From assembly GCA_964016885.1 (NCBI GenBank), contig OZ024745.1:21638001-21702000 (forward strand): a stretch of 64,000 nucleotides of DNA. Direction: 5' to 3'. Positions 1-13,914 of the stretch are shown here, in pieces. The stretch's first letter is position 1. Every line of letters starts with the position of its first letter. Position numbers and translations under genes: made by a program. This DNA is from Eledone cirrhosa. Taxonomy: Eukaryota. The notes below the pieces were generated by a model, which saw only the letters and a program-made list of their open reading frames with translations, was not told the origin of the DNA and did not search any database.

Positions 1-954
1 CATGCATACGTACACACTCATATACAAGCTCACACACATACTGGCAAATATTGAAAGTCACACAAACTCACAAAGACATACTCGCAAGTATTCAAGCACA
101 CACATTCACACACACAAACATTCACATAAACGCAATCACTCAAATACATACTCACAATTCTTCAAGTACACACACACATAAACACATACAGCATCACCAC
201 CACAACAATAAACCCTAGCAGTAGCAACAACAACAACACCACTAACACTTCAGTCAAAGGCAACAGAAACAATAGGTTGAATCCAAAAGACAACACATTT
301 TCGTTGAATAGCAGTCAGAAATAATGCCATACCACCACTACCACCACCACCACCAACACAACCACTTAAAAACAAAACACACCTTCACTAATGAGAGACG
401 TTAAGAAACTACAGATGTCTCTCATGGCACAGAGGAAGGACCCTGAGATAGAGAGAGAGATTTTCAAATCTATCACCAACAAAGTCTTCCAAAATCTACA
501 AAAATATTCAAATTAAACATTGCCATATATAAAGCAACGAGGGGAATCTTCCCGCATGACATTGGAATCCCTAACGTCAAGGCCACCAATCAACCCCTAA
601 ATACTTTCCCGAAAACACGATGAAAACCGAACCTTCCAATCTCCAAGAGCACTAGGAAGAAAAGTAGCCGCTCTTCTAAGAATACAAGCTGGAGGCTGGG
701 GACTGCAGAAAATAGAGGTGCGTTTCCCTATGGGGCCTTTAGTGATCAGAACGTTCTTGGATATATGAGATTCCTAGATTATTCCTGGGTGGTACCCTAC
801 TATATTGAGGAATGGTTTCGTTAGAGATTTGTTATTTGCTACTTTTGTTTTCTGTTTACGAATCTGTATGTAAACCCACCAAGTCCTTGATTAATATATT
901 TTCCTCTGTGCTTTCAATCCCCAGTGGCTAATAAAATAAATATTAGTATTCTTA

Positions 955-1235
955 GGTGGATTGGCAGAACTGGTTGAGTCAAAAGTCTGTCTCAATGCTT
1001 ATCCCGGTTTTCTTGGCGTTAAACAACTGAGTGTACAATACTCTCCTACTCTGGCCAGGGCGACAGTCCGTCGAATAGCTACTAGCAACTGGTGGTACTC
1101 ATTGTCAGCTGAGTAAACTCAACTGAAGCAACGTGAAATGAAGGTGTTTTGCATAAACAATTCAGCGCACAACTATGTCCAGAAATCTACCCGACGTCCT
1201 TATGGTCGTAAATACATTACTCTAACGACTATTCC
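955..1235. mobile_element. Degenerate tRNA-derived SINE fragments
   Basis: Head ggattggcagaac matches SINE copies at 18916 and 61888; gctgagt..actg.agcaac.tgaaat block is shared with the copy at 21550-21810. Confidence 0.5.
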
Positions 1236-1257
1236 ATGTCTCTTCACAAATTTGCAG

Positions 1258-4200
1258 AACTTCTAATCTATAGTATCACTTCTAATCTATAGTATCACTT
1301 CCAATCTATAGTATCACTTCTAATCTATAGTATCACTTCCAATCTATAGTATCACTTCTAATCTAGAGTATCACTTCCAATCTATAGTATCACTTCTAAT
1401 CTATAGTATCACTTCTAATCTATAGTATCACTTCTAATCTATAGTATCACTTCCAATCTATAGTATCACTTCTAATCTATAGTATCACTTCCAATCTATA
1501 GTATCACTTCGAATCTATAGTATCACTTCCAATCTATAGTATCTCACTTCTAATCTATAGTATCTCACTTCAAATCTATAGTATCACTTCTAATCTATAG
1601 TATCTCACTTCTAATCTATAGTATCTCACTTCTAATCTATAGTATATCACTTCTAATCTATGGTATCACTGCTAATCTATAGTATCTCACTTCTAATCTA
1701 TAGTATCTCACTTCTAATCTATAGTATCTCATTTCTAATCTATAGTATCACTTCCAATCTATAGTATCACTTCTAATCTATAGTATCACTTCTAATCTAT
1801 AGTATCTCACTTCTAATCTATAGTATCTAACTTCTAATCTATAGTATCACTTCTAATATATAGTATCACTCTTAATCTATAGTATCACATTTAATCTATA
1901 GTATCTCTCTTCTAATATATAGTATCACTTCTAATATATAGTATCACTTCTAATCTATAGTATCACATTTAATCTATAGTATCTCACTTCCAATCTATAG
2001 TATCTCACTTCTAATCTATAGTATCTCACTTCTAATCTATAGTATCTCACTTCCAATCTATAGTATCTCACTTCCAATCTATAGTATCTCACTTCTAATC
2101 TATAGTATCTCACTTCTAATCTATAGTATCACTTCCAATCTATGGTATCACTTCCAATCTATAGTATCACTTTTATCTATAGTATCACTTCCAATCTATA
2201 GTATCTCACTTCTAATCTATACTATCTCACTTCCAATCTATAGTATCACTTCTAATCTATAGTATCTCACTTCTAATCTATAGTATCTCACTTCTAATCT
2301 ATAGTATCACTTCCAATCTGTAGTATCACTTCTAATCTATAGTATCACTTCTAATCTATAGTATCTCACTTCTAATCTATAGTATCTCACTTCTAGACTA
2401 TAGTATCACTTCCAATCTATAGTATCACTTCTAATCTATAGTATCACTTCTAATCTATAGTATCTCACTTCTAATCTATAGTATCTCACTTCTAATCTAT
2501 AGTATCACTTCCAATCTATAGTATCCCACTTCTAATCTATAGTATCTCACTTCTAATCTATAGTATCACTTCCAATCTATAGTATCTCACTTCCAATCTA
2601 TAGTATCTCACTTCCAATCTATAGTATCTCACTTCTAATCTATAGGATCTCACTTCCAATCTATAGTATCTCACTTCTAATCTATAGTATCACTTCTAAT
2701 CTATAATATCTCACTTCTAATCTATAGTATCCCACTTCCAATCTATAGTATCCCACTTCCAATCTATAGTATCCCACTTCCAATCTATAGTATCTCACTT
2801 CCAATCTATAATATCCCACTTCTAATCTATAGTATCACTTCTAATCTATAGTATCTCACTTCGAATCTATAGTATCACTTCTAATCTATAGTATCCCACT
2901 TCCAATCTATAGTATCTCAATTCCAATCTATAGTATCCCACTTCCAATCTATAGTATCACTTCTAATCTATAGTATCACTTCTAATCTATAGTATCTCAC
3001 TTCCAATCTATAGTATCACTTCTAATCTATAGGATCACTTCTAATCTATAGTATCACTTCTAATCTATAGTATCCCACTTCCAATCTATAGTATCTCAAT
3101 TCCAATCTATAGTATCCCACTTCCAATCTATAGTATCACTTCTAATCTATAGTATCACTTCTAATCTATAGTATACCTTCTAATCTATAGTATCCACTTC
3201 CAATCTATAGTATCTCAATTCCAATGTATAGTATCTCACTTCCAATCTATAGTATCTCACTTCCAATCTATAGTATCCTACTTCTAATCTATAGTATCCT
3301 ACTTTAATCTATAGTATCACTTCTAATCTGTAGTATCCTACTTTAATCTATAGTATCACTTCTAATCTGTAGTATCTCACTTCCAATCTATAGTATCACT
3401 TCCAATCTATAGTATCTCACTTCTAATCTATAGTATCACTTCCAATCTATAGTATCTCACTTCCAATCTATAGTATCACTTCTAATCTATAGTATCACTT
3501 CTAATCTATAGTATCACTTCCAATCTATAGTATCACTTCTAATCTATTGTATCCTACTTCTAATCTATAGTATCTCACTTCTAACCTATAGTATCAATTC
3601 TAATCTATAGTATCACTTCTAACCTATAGTATCCCACTTCCCATCTATAGTATCTCAATTCCAATCTATAGTATCCCATTTCCAATCTATAGTATCACTT
3701 CTAATCTATAGTATCCACTTCCAATCTATAGTATCTCAATTCCAATCTATAGTATCCCACTTCCAATCTATAGTATCTCACTTCCAATCTATAGTATCCT
3801 ACTTCTAATCTATAGTATCTCACTTCCAATCTATAGTATCTCACTTCCAATCTATAGTATCCTACTTTAATCTATAGTATCTCACTTCCAATCTATAGTA
3901 TCTCACTTCCAATCTATAGTATCCTACTTTAATCTATAGTATCACTTCTAAGCTGTAGTATCTCACTTCTAATCTATAGTATCCCACTTCTAATCTATAG
4001 TATCTCACTTTTAATCTGTACTATCACTTCTAATCTATAGTATCTCACTTCTAATCTATAGTATCTCACTTCTAATCTATAGTATCACTTCTAATCTATA
4101 GTATCACTTCTAATCTATAGTATCTCACTTCTAATCTATAGTATCTCACTTCTAATCTGTAATATCTCACTTCCAATCTATAGTATCCCACTTCTAATCT

Positions 4201-4683
4201 ATAGTATCTCACTTTCAATCTGTAGTATCACTTCTACTCTATAGTATCTCACTTCTAATCTATAGTATCTCACTTCTAATCTATAGTATCACTTCTAATC
4301 TATAGTATCACTTCTAATCTATAGTATCTCACTTCTAATCTATAGTATCTCACTTCTAATCTATAGTATCAGTTCTAATCTATAGTATCACTTCCAATCT
4401 ATAGTATCCCACTTCTCAGCTATAGTATCTCACTTCTAATTTATAGTATCACTTCTAATCTATAGTATCACTTCTAATCTATAGTATCACTTCTAATCTA
4501 TAGTATCCCATTTCTAATCTATAGTATCTCACTTCCAATCTATAGTATCTCACTTCTAATCTATAGTATCACTTCCAATCTATAGTATCACTTCTAATCT
4601 ATAGTATAACTTCTAATCTATTGTATCCCACTTCTAATCTATAGTATCTCACTTCCAATCTATAGTATCCCACTTCTAATACA
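1258..4683. repeat. 3.4-kb minisatellite of interspersed 19- and 21-bp units, ACTTCYAATCTATAGTATC(TC)
   Basis: Tandem units read directly. Confidence 0.97.
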
Positions 4684-5033
4684 ATAGTAACTTGAGTGTC
4701 CTTCCTCTTTTAAGACTGTAGATCGGGATTCGAGAGATATAGTGTTGCTATTTCTACTAGATTGATCTACCATGTAGAAGCCTCAAAATGTGATGTGTGT
4801 TTGTCTACATGTCGACAATATGTATATATGTGTACGCTATTGATTGTTATGTGTTAGTGTCTAAACGTAACGGGAACATGTGATGTGTATGTATGTATAT
4901 AAATGTCACAGTGTATTTGTGTCTACAAGTGCTTCTATATATATTTATGAATGAATATATATGTATCTATGTCTCGTTGTATACACAAATACACACACAC
5001 ACACACACACCACACACACACACACACACACAT

Positions 5034-5104
<71 letters not shown>

Positions 5105-5193
5105 GAGGTTATATTTAATTTGTTGGGTTTCAACAAGCTTAAAAGTTTTTATAACTGATATAAAGCACTCAACAATTTAGTGGAATAAATATT

Positions 5194-5639
5194 CAATATA
5201 TTAATAAATGGAAACTATATTTATAAAACCATAATTATTATATTATATATAGTTCAAGGGCAACCAAGGCAAATTTTGGTGCGCTTTCATCAGATAAAAT
5301 ACAGATTTGTTTTATAAATATTGACATACCCGCATAAAGACAACCTTCCCGGTTGAGGTTCGCTGGATAGTGCAAAAAATATTTTATTGAGGGTGATTTA
5401 AAGTTATGAGTAGCCATACTCACTCATAACTTTGAATCACCCTCAATAAAATATTTTTTGCACTATCCAGCGAACCTCAACCGGGAAGGTTGTCTTTATG
5501 CGGGTATGTCAATATTTATAAAACAAATCTGTATTTTATCTGATGAAAGCGCACCAAAATTTGCTTTGGTTGCCCTTGAAATATATATAATAAAATAATT
5601 ATGGTTTTATAAATATAGTTTCCATTTATTAATATATTG
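5194..5639. mobile_element. Fold-back element, HHR family A (PLE pLTR-like)
   Basis: Arms 5194-5411 and 5422-5639 are near-exact reverse complements with a 10-nt spacer; right end runs into (TA)n; HHR motif in each arm. Confidence 0.85.
5532..5597 (+). ncRNA. Type I hammerhead ribozyme (family A)
   Basis: tattttat-CTGATGA-stem II-GAAA-tatata-TA-ataaaata: 8-bp stem I, palindromic minimal stem III. The mirror copy in the left arm has GAAC instead of GAAA. Confidence 0.8.
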
Positions 5640-5676
5640 TATATATATATATATATGTGTGTGTCTGTGTGTATAT

Positions 5677-5742
<66 letters not shown>

Positions 5743-5745
<3 letters not shown>

Positions 5746-5925
5746 CGAAAGGGATATTCAAGAAGGATAAACTCGAACCGTTAAGATATGGATATATCAA
5801 TATTTATAAAACAAACTTTGTATTTTATATGATGAGAGCGTACCAAAGTTTTGGTACCCTTGAAATATATATAATAGAATAAATATGGTTTAATAAATAT
5901 AGTTTCCATTTATTTAATATCATTG
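5743..5925 (+). mobile_element. Further family A copy with mutated HHR core (ATGATGA)
   Basis: Homologous to 5422-5639 and to the reverse complement of 33820-33990; bounded by (TA)n. Confidence 0.7.
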
Positions 5926-6068
5926 TATATATATATATAGTTAATAATGCGCCGAAACATCCGTGATACGTAGTTAACTACTGATGAAGGGAGACTGTCC
6001 ATCAGTTGTTCGTGTCTCGTTACCTTTTAACACCCGTTATCAGTAACCACACAGCCCTCTTCTCATCC

Positions 6069-6101
<33 letters not shown>

Positions 6102-6533
6102 GGGGTTTTCTCCCTTGAAGTGTTACACACGTGGTTTTACTACTACATACCACTGCGTGATTCTGCATGCTGGCGTAGAACAAAATACCTGTTGACGAAG
6201 TGACAGCCTTATTTGATCATTATACCAAAAGCTTATTATTTTAAGCAGACTGTATCATTGATTTAGGTGTCGTAGAAACCCTGTACTGGATTATACCATC
6301 TTTTCCGGGGTCCGGGTATATATTTCATTTATATTGTTTGACCTATTTGGCTTGCTTCGTCTTTTTAGCTTCGGAGTTTGATGGCTTCTTGACCGCTATC
6401 TCAGTTTGTTTGGCATTTATAACCTATGTTTATTGCTCTGGTCTTTATTTGGTCGATGGAGCGCTTGCCAGCACAACTCGGATATTGCGTTTCGCTTTGG
6501 TTTCGACCATAGCCGAAATCCGAATCTCGCTGG

Positions 6534-6578
<45 letters not shown>

Positions 6579-6582
<4 letters not shown>

Positions 6583-6612
6583 CTGTACTAGGGCGAGAAA
6601 GAAAATTCTAAT

Positions 6613-6656
<44 letters not shown>

Positions 6657-6690
6657 ATTAGAATTCTATTTCTCGCCCTAGCACAGCTGA
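6579..6690. repeat. Inverted repeat (~40-bp arms) centred on a (TA)n tract
   Basis: tcagctgtactagggcgagaaa ... tttctcgccctagcacagctga. Confidence 0.85.
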
Positions 6691-6734
6691 CACTTAAATG
6701 TAATTATGCACACGCCCGCACACACACACACACA

Positions 6735-6840
<106 letters not shown>

Positions 6841-7207
6841 TATGTATGTATATATATATATATATATGTACACATACACATATATACATATGTACGTATG
6901 GGTCATATCGAATATTATTAATAATATCCGATTCGGTTGTAAACAAACGGACCGATTAAAGCTGTGTTGTGCCGATGACAAATCGTCATCGGTTGTTCAA
7001 CACTGGCATTGAGAAACAATCGATTCTCGGTCATTACCCTTCATCATATATATATATTTACTGGGGTACCGCCTAATGTGGATTTCTAAAGTCAATGATA
7101 GTGACGTTGGTATGTTGTTTTTTTCTCTTTTCATGTCCGGTATTTCAGTTATCGATCTGTATTTCGAGCCACCATGCTGCAGAACATAAACAAATAGTAA
7201 ACATAAC

Positions 7208-7239
<32 letters not shown>

Positions 7240-7485
7240 CACACATACATACACACAAACACACACATACAAACACACGCTTATACTCAACCATATGAAG
7301 AAACATATTCTAATGTATAGAGTAACCCTTTCTTTTACTCGTACACATACACACACACATATATACTTATACACATACACCCACCCACATGAGCAAATAA
7401 ATACTCTACATAGTGTATGGAGTACCCCTTGCTTTCGTTGTCCACAGATACACACACATACAAGCCCTCAGGCATATGTGCATGC

Positions 7486-7521
<36 letters not shown>

Positions 7522-7571
7522 GGTTACACAACAGTTAGTTCACCATACCGAGAACAATTGTTTCACCTTAG

Positions 7572-7598
<27 letters not shown>

Positions 7599-7602
<4 letters not shown>

Positions 7603-7720
7603 GGCTAGAACTGTTTTATTCGGGAGAAATCATGATGATTTCTCCCGAATGAAACACTCTGCTATGTATTGAGTACCTTACTTACTGTGGTTACCCCCGA
7701 TTGAACCCGGGATAAACTTA
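7599..7720. mobile_element. Short (TA)n-embedded repeat with a fold-back 5' end; second copy at ~21945-22075
   Basis: ttcgggagaaatcatgatgatttctcccgaa hairpin; shared gtattgagtaccttact...gattgaacccgg.ataaactt tail. Confidence 0.6.
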
Positions 7721-7830
7721 TATATACACATACACACACATACATACACACACACACATACATACACACACACACATACATACACAACCACACACACACA
7801 CACAACCACACACAAACACACACACACAAT

Positions 7831-7868
<38 letters not shown>

Positions 7869-7964
7869 TATATATATATAGAGAGAGAGAGAGAAGGCGA
7901 GATAGATACATACTTATATGTATATGCAGTTAGGTATGTATAAATATAGGTATATATGAATACA

Positions 7965-8008
<44 letters not shown>

Positions 8009-8279
8009 TGTGTTAGATTTAGTGTAAAAAAATAAAAATAAAAATAAAAATAAATCAGACATCCTTTCCTCCCCCTCCCCCCCTCTTTCCATTCCACTCC
8101 GACCCCACCACTCTGCTTTCATCAATCTGTACGTCACCCAATCCACCACCACCACCACCTCCTCTACCACTAGACACCTCCTTCATCCGGAGCAATACCA
8201 ACCCATCCCCCACCATAGCACCACCCTTACACCACGTCACCTCACTTCAAGTGCAAGTACGTTTGTTCGTGCGAAGTGG

Positions 8280-8777
8280 AATGGTGGTACTGGTGGTGCC
8301 GGCGGCGGCGGCGGCGGTGGTGGTGGTGGTGGTGGTGGTGGTGGTGGTGGTGGTGGCGGTGGCGGTGGCGGCGGTGGTGGTGGTGGTGGTGGTGGTGGTG
8401 GTGGTGGTGGTGGTGGTGGTGGTGGTGGCGGTGGCGGTGGCGGCGGCGGTGGTGGTGGTGGTGGTCATGGTGGTGGTGGTGATGGTGGTGGTGGTGGTGG
8501 TGGTGGTGGTGGTGGTGGTGGTGGTGGCGGCGGCGGCGGCGGCGGCGGTGGTGGTGGTGGTGGTGATGGTGGTGGTGGTGGTGGTGGTGGTGGTGGTGGT
8601 GGTGGCGGTGGCGGCGGCGGCGGTGGTGGTGGTGGTGGTGGTGGTGGTGGTGGTGGTGATGGTGGTGGTGGTGGTGGTGGTGGTGGTGGTGGTGGCGGCG
8701 GCGGCGGCGGCGGTGGTGGTGGTGGTGGTGATGGTGGTGGTGGTGGTGATGGTGGTGGTGGTGGTGGTGGTGGTGGT

Positions 8778-8809
<32 letters not shown>

Positions 8810-11800
8810 TGGTGGTGGTGGTGGTGGTGATGGTGGTGGTGGTGGTGGTGGCGGTGGCGGTGGCGGCGGCGGTGGTGGTGGTGGTGGTGATGGTGGTGGT
8901 GGTGATGGTGGTGGTGGTGGTGGTGGTGGCGGTGGCGGCGGCGGCGGTGGTGGTGGTGGTGGTGGTGGTGTTGATGGTGGTGTTAATGGTGGTGGTGGTG
9001 GTGGTGATGGTGGTGGTGGTGGTGTTGGTGGTCTGGTGATGATGGTGGTGGTGGTGGTGGTGATGGTGGTCTGGTGATGATGGTGGTGGTGGTCTAGTGA
9101 TGGTGGCGGTGGTCTGGTGGTGGTGGTGGTCTAGTGATGGTGATGGTGGTGTTATAGTGATGGTGGTGGTGGTGGTATAGTGATGGTGGTGGTGGTGGTC
9201 TGGTTGTGGTGGTGGTGGTGGTGGTCTAGTGATGGTGGTGGTGGTGTTGGTCTAGTGATGGTGGTGGTGGTGGTCTAGTGATTGTGGTGGTGGTGGTCTG
9301 GTGGTGGTGGTGGTGGTGGTCTGGTGGTGGTGGTGGTGGTGGTGGTGGTGGTGGTGATTGTAGTGGTGGTCTAGTGATTGTGGTAGTGGTGGTCTGGTGG
9401 TGGTGGTGGTGGTGGTGATTGTAGTGGTTGTGGTCTGGTGGTCGGTTGGTGCTGGTCGGGTGGTGGTAGTGGTGGTATTTGTAATGGTGGTGGTGGTGGT
9501 GGCGGTTTCGTGATGTTGGTGGTGGTGGTCTTGATGATGGTGACAGTGGTGGTCTGGTGTTGGTCTGGTGGTGGTGGTGATGGTAATGTTGTTGGCGGTG
9601 GCGGTGGTCTTATGGCGGTGTTCATACGGTAGTGGAATGGGGTACTGTTTAACCCTAGGTCAACCCTGACCATGTAGCACTTTGATCAAAAGCATTCCAA
9701 CCGTGACCATACGGTATTTTTGAGGGTCTTCAAAGACAGTGTATCATGATTTATGGGGAATTTGACTGCTATTTCTAGCAGGCATCACAACCGCTTTGAG
9801 GTACAGTGACGTAAGTGGTGACAATGTTAATTCTTTGTTAATTCCGAGTTCAAATCTTACCAGTCATATACTGAGGTCGGAGTCGATATAATAGACTTAC
9901 CCCTCTGCTTCCCTAAAATTGCTGGCCTTGTGCTTCAATTAGAAAGCATTTTATTTCGGTCGGTTGAAGATGGGGGTGTGACAGTGAGTGGAAGGGTGTG
10001 TAATTATGGGGGTGTTTGTTGGAGATAGAGGTGGTAGCTGTGGTGGTGGGAGTGTTGTTGTTGTTGCTGGTGGTGATTGTGGGGGTGGTTGTAGCGATGG
10101 TGGTGGTGGTGTTGGAGGTTGTATGTTGATGGTTGTGGTGGTGGTGGTGGTGGTTGTTGTTGGTGGTGGTGGTTGTGGTAGAGTTGCTGGTGGTGTGGTG
10201 GTTGTGGTGGTGTTGGTGGTGTTGGTGTTTGTGGTGGCGGTAGTGGTGGTGGTGTTGGAGGCTGTATGTTGATGGTTGTGGAGGGGGGAGGGGTTGTGGT
10301 AGATTTGCTGGTGGTGTGGTGGTGGTGGTGTTGGTGGTGTTGGTGTTTGTGGTGGCGATGGTGGTGGTGGTGTTGGAGGCTGTATGTTGATGGTTGTGGA
10401 GGGGGGGTAGATTTGCTGGTGGTGTGGTGGTGGTGGTGTTGGTGGAGTTGGTGTTTGTGGTGGCGATGGTGGTGGTGGTGTTGGAGGCTGTATGTTGATG
10501 GTTGTAGTGGGGGGAGGGGGTGTCTGTGGTAGAGTTGCTGGTGGTGTGGTGTTTGTGGTGGCGGTGGTGGTGGCGGTTGTGGTGGTGGTGTTGGTGATAG
10601 CAGTGGCGGTGGTGGTGCCGGAGTTGGTGGTGGTGGTGGTGGTAGTAGTGTTGATAGTAGCGGTGGCGTTGTTGTTGGTGGTGGTGGTAGTAGTGGTGGC
10701 AGTTGCGGTGGCGGTGGCGGTGGTGCTGGTGGTGGTAGAGATGTTACGGCTGGTAGAAATGGTGTTAATGATATCGTTGTCGGCAGCTGGGGCGTTCCTG
10801 GTGTCGTGGTCGTAATTGTTGTTGTGTTGTTGTTACTGTTGGTATTACTGTTATTGTTGTGGTTGTGGTAATTGTGGTTGTGCTGCTATTGGTGTCGTTG
10901 TTGCTGTTGTTGTAGTTGTTGATGGCGGTGGTGGTGGTGGTCGTGTCGTTATTGGTGGTGATGGTGTTGGTGGTGTCGTTGTTATTGGTGGTGACGTTAT
11001 TGTTGGTGATGGGGGAGGTGGTGGTGGTGGTGTTGTAATTGGTGGTGGTGTTGTTATTATTGGTGGTGGTGGTGGTGGTGTTGTTGTTAATGGTGGTGGT
11101 GGGGTGGTGGTGTCATTGTTATTGGTGGTGGTGGTGGTAGTGGTGCTATTGGTGGTGTCGTTGTTATTGGTGGTGGTGGTGGTGTTGTTATTGGTGGTGG
11201 TGGTGGTGGTGGTGTCGTTGTTATTGGTGGTGGTGGTGGTGGTGTTGTTATTGGTGGTGGTGGTGGTGTTGTTGTTATTAATGGTGGTGGTGGTGGTGGT
11301 GGTGGTGTTATTGGTGGTGGTGGTGGTGTTGGTGGTGTCGTTGTTATTAGTGGTGGTGGTGGTGTTATTGGTGGTGGTGGTGGTGGTGTTATTGGTGGTC
11401 GTGGTGGTGTTGTTGGTGGTGTCGTTGTTATTGGTGGTGTTGGTGGTGGTGGTGGTGTTGTTATTGGTGTTGGTGGTGGTGGTGGTGTTATTGGTGGTGG
11501 TGGTGTCGTTGTTATTAGTGATGGTGGTGGTGGTAATAGTTGTAGTAAGGGTAGCGGTGGATGAGAGGTAGGTGGCCGGTGGTATAGCCAGTAATGAAAC
11601 TGGTGGTAGTGGTAAATGTGTAGGTGGTGGTGTTGTGGTGGGGTTGCGGTGTTGTCGTAGTGGTAGATGTGTAGGCGGTAGTGAGTGGTTTATGAGGGTG
11701 GCAGTGTTAGTGGTAGTGGTGGTGGAGGTAGTGTTGGTGGTGGTAGTGTTGGAGTGGTAATTATGGTGGTGGTGGTGGTGGTGGTGATGATGGTGGTGGT

Positions 11801-11990
11801 GGTGGTGGTGACGGTGTGGTAATTATGGTGGTGGTGGTGGCGGTGGTGGTGGTGGTGGTGGTTGGGTGGTAATAGTACAGGTAGAAGTGTTGTCAATGTT
11901 GGTAGGGGCGATGTAATGGCTGCGATAGTGATAAATATCAAGCTGCTGCTGCTGCTGCTGGTGGTGGTGGTGGTGGTGGTGGTGGTGGTG
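8280..11990. repeat. (GGT)n/(GGC)n/(GTT)n trinucleotide low-complexity field
   Basis: Direct reading; interrupted by SINE-like unique sequence at ~9640-9960. Confidence 0.95.
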
Positions 11991-12061
11991 TAAGTGAAGA
12001 CGGATATGTAAAACTAAAATTGGGAGAGTGAGAGAGAGAGAAGCAGACAGACAGAGTATGT

Positions 12062-12119
<58 letters not shown>

Positions 12120-12260
12120 ATGAAATAGCTAGTGTTTGTGTGAAAGAGAGAGAGAAAGAGTGTGTGAGAGAGGGAGAGAGGGAGACAGAGTGTGTATGAG
12201 AGAGAGAGAAACAAAAAAATTAGTAAATAGTACATTAGAAAGAGAGAGAGAGTCGGAGAG

Positions 12261-12303
<43 letters not shown>

Positions 12304-13029
12304 AAGCGAGATAGAGAGAAAGAGAGAGAGGTTGGAAAGAAACATAGATTAAAGAAGGGAGGGTGAAGAGAAGGAAAGACAGGGAGGAATGAACCAACAG
12401 GGGATATAATTGTGAGGGAAGGAGGAGGGGTGTGTAAAGTAGACTAAGGGTGAGGGTGGGGCGGTGAACAAATCCCCTCCAGACGTCATGTATAAATAAA
12501 TAAGACGCGGCTTGACTGGGGGACGGGGAGAGGGTGGGGGGTTATGAGGGAGGTGGCGGTGAAGTTGTGTGTGTGTATGTGTGTGTAATGTATTGTTGTA
12601 TTGCATGTGTGTGTATGTGTGTGCGTGTATAGTGTGTGTGTAATGTATTGTGTGTGTGTGTAATGTATTGTTGTAGTGTGTGTGTCGATGTGTGTATAGT
12701 GTGTGTGTGTGAGTGTGTGTAATGTATTGTGTGTGTGAGTGTGTAATATATTGTTGTAGTGTGTGTGCGTGTGTGTGTGTATGATTGTGCGGGCGTGTGT
12801 GTGTGTGATTATGTATGTGTGTGTAATGTATTATTCTATTGTGTGTGTGATTATATATGTGTGTTTATGTGTCTGTGTCTGTGTATGTGTCTACACCGTT
12901 GACACAATCTGTGCTGGTGTATGTGTGTGTCCATGTCTGTGTGTGCTGGTGTATGTATATATGTGTGAGTGACTCTGAATTTGTGTATGTGTCACTATAT
13001 ATCTATATCTGCTTGTACGTGTATGTGTG

Positions 13030-13076
<47 letters not shown>

Positions 13077-13093
13077 GTGTGTGTGTGTATATA

Positions 13094-13141
<48 letters not shown>

Positions 13142-13179
13142 ATTAATACATTAACAGAGAAAGCTTTAAGCAATACTCC

Positions 13180-13237
<58 letters not shown>

Positions 13238-13239
13238 AT

Positions 13240-13385
13240 GGACTCAGTCCAGGAATAGCCGTCGAAACAGCTTGAGCTCTGCCGTCGGGGTCATACTTTT
13301 TCCTATTATCCACTCTACTACCTTAAGTATTGAGTACTCTGGTGCGTTATGGTCCATCTGGTTCCTTACCACAACTCGTTCGTTA
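13240..13385 (+). mobile_element. HHR family C 3' fragment
   Basis: GAAAcagcttgagctctgccgTCggggt plus tail homologous to the reverse complement of 55641-55790 and 32237-32380; (TA)n on both sides. Confidence 0.75.
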
Positions 13386-13475
13386 TATATATATAGGAGG
13401 TGAGTTTTATTGTAACACAATGATTTAAAACTTCACCGTTCACAAGTGTTTTTTAAGCTTCATATCATGTCTCCC

Positions 13476-13546
13476 TATTTTATCTGATGAGAACTCAGAT
13501 ATCATCCCATGATGATATTTGTTTTTGAAATGCGCATAATAAAATA
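13476..13546 (+). ncRNA. Type I hammerhead ribozyme with intact core
   Basis: tattttat-CTGATGA-(cagatatcatc/gatgatatttg helix in stem II)-GAAA-tgcgca-TA-ataaaata. Confidence 0.82.
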
Positions 13547-13576
13547 CTTGGAACTCTTTTAACCATATTTTGATCT

Positions 13577-13649
<73 letters not shown>

Positions 13650-13914
13650 TATATACACACACACATTTGCTGTTTTGACATGTATGCGTCTACGTGTGTG
13701 TTTATCGATATATCTGCTTCTCTCTCTCACTCTCTTTGTATGTGTGTGTGACTGCATTTCTATTTATATATGTGTGTGTCTGTGCAAGCGTGTGTGAGGG
13801 TGAATGTGGGTGGAGTGTCTGTGTATGTACATATGTTTATTTGTGTGTTTGTATGAATATTTATGTATGTATATGTATACATATATATGTATATATATGT
13901 ATATATATATATAT

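Noticed and set aside
1258-4683. CRISPR-like array
   Set aside because: No unique spacers or cas genes; eukaryotic minisatellite.
5950-6010. GAAA...CTGATGA as a permuted hammerhead
   Set aside because: Stems I and III and the UH site could not be assembled.
8251-11571. Long poly-Val/Gly/Trp ORFs
   Set aside because: Stop-free translation of (GGT)n repeats with no domain content.
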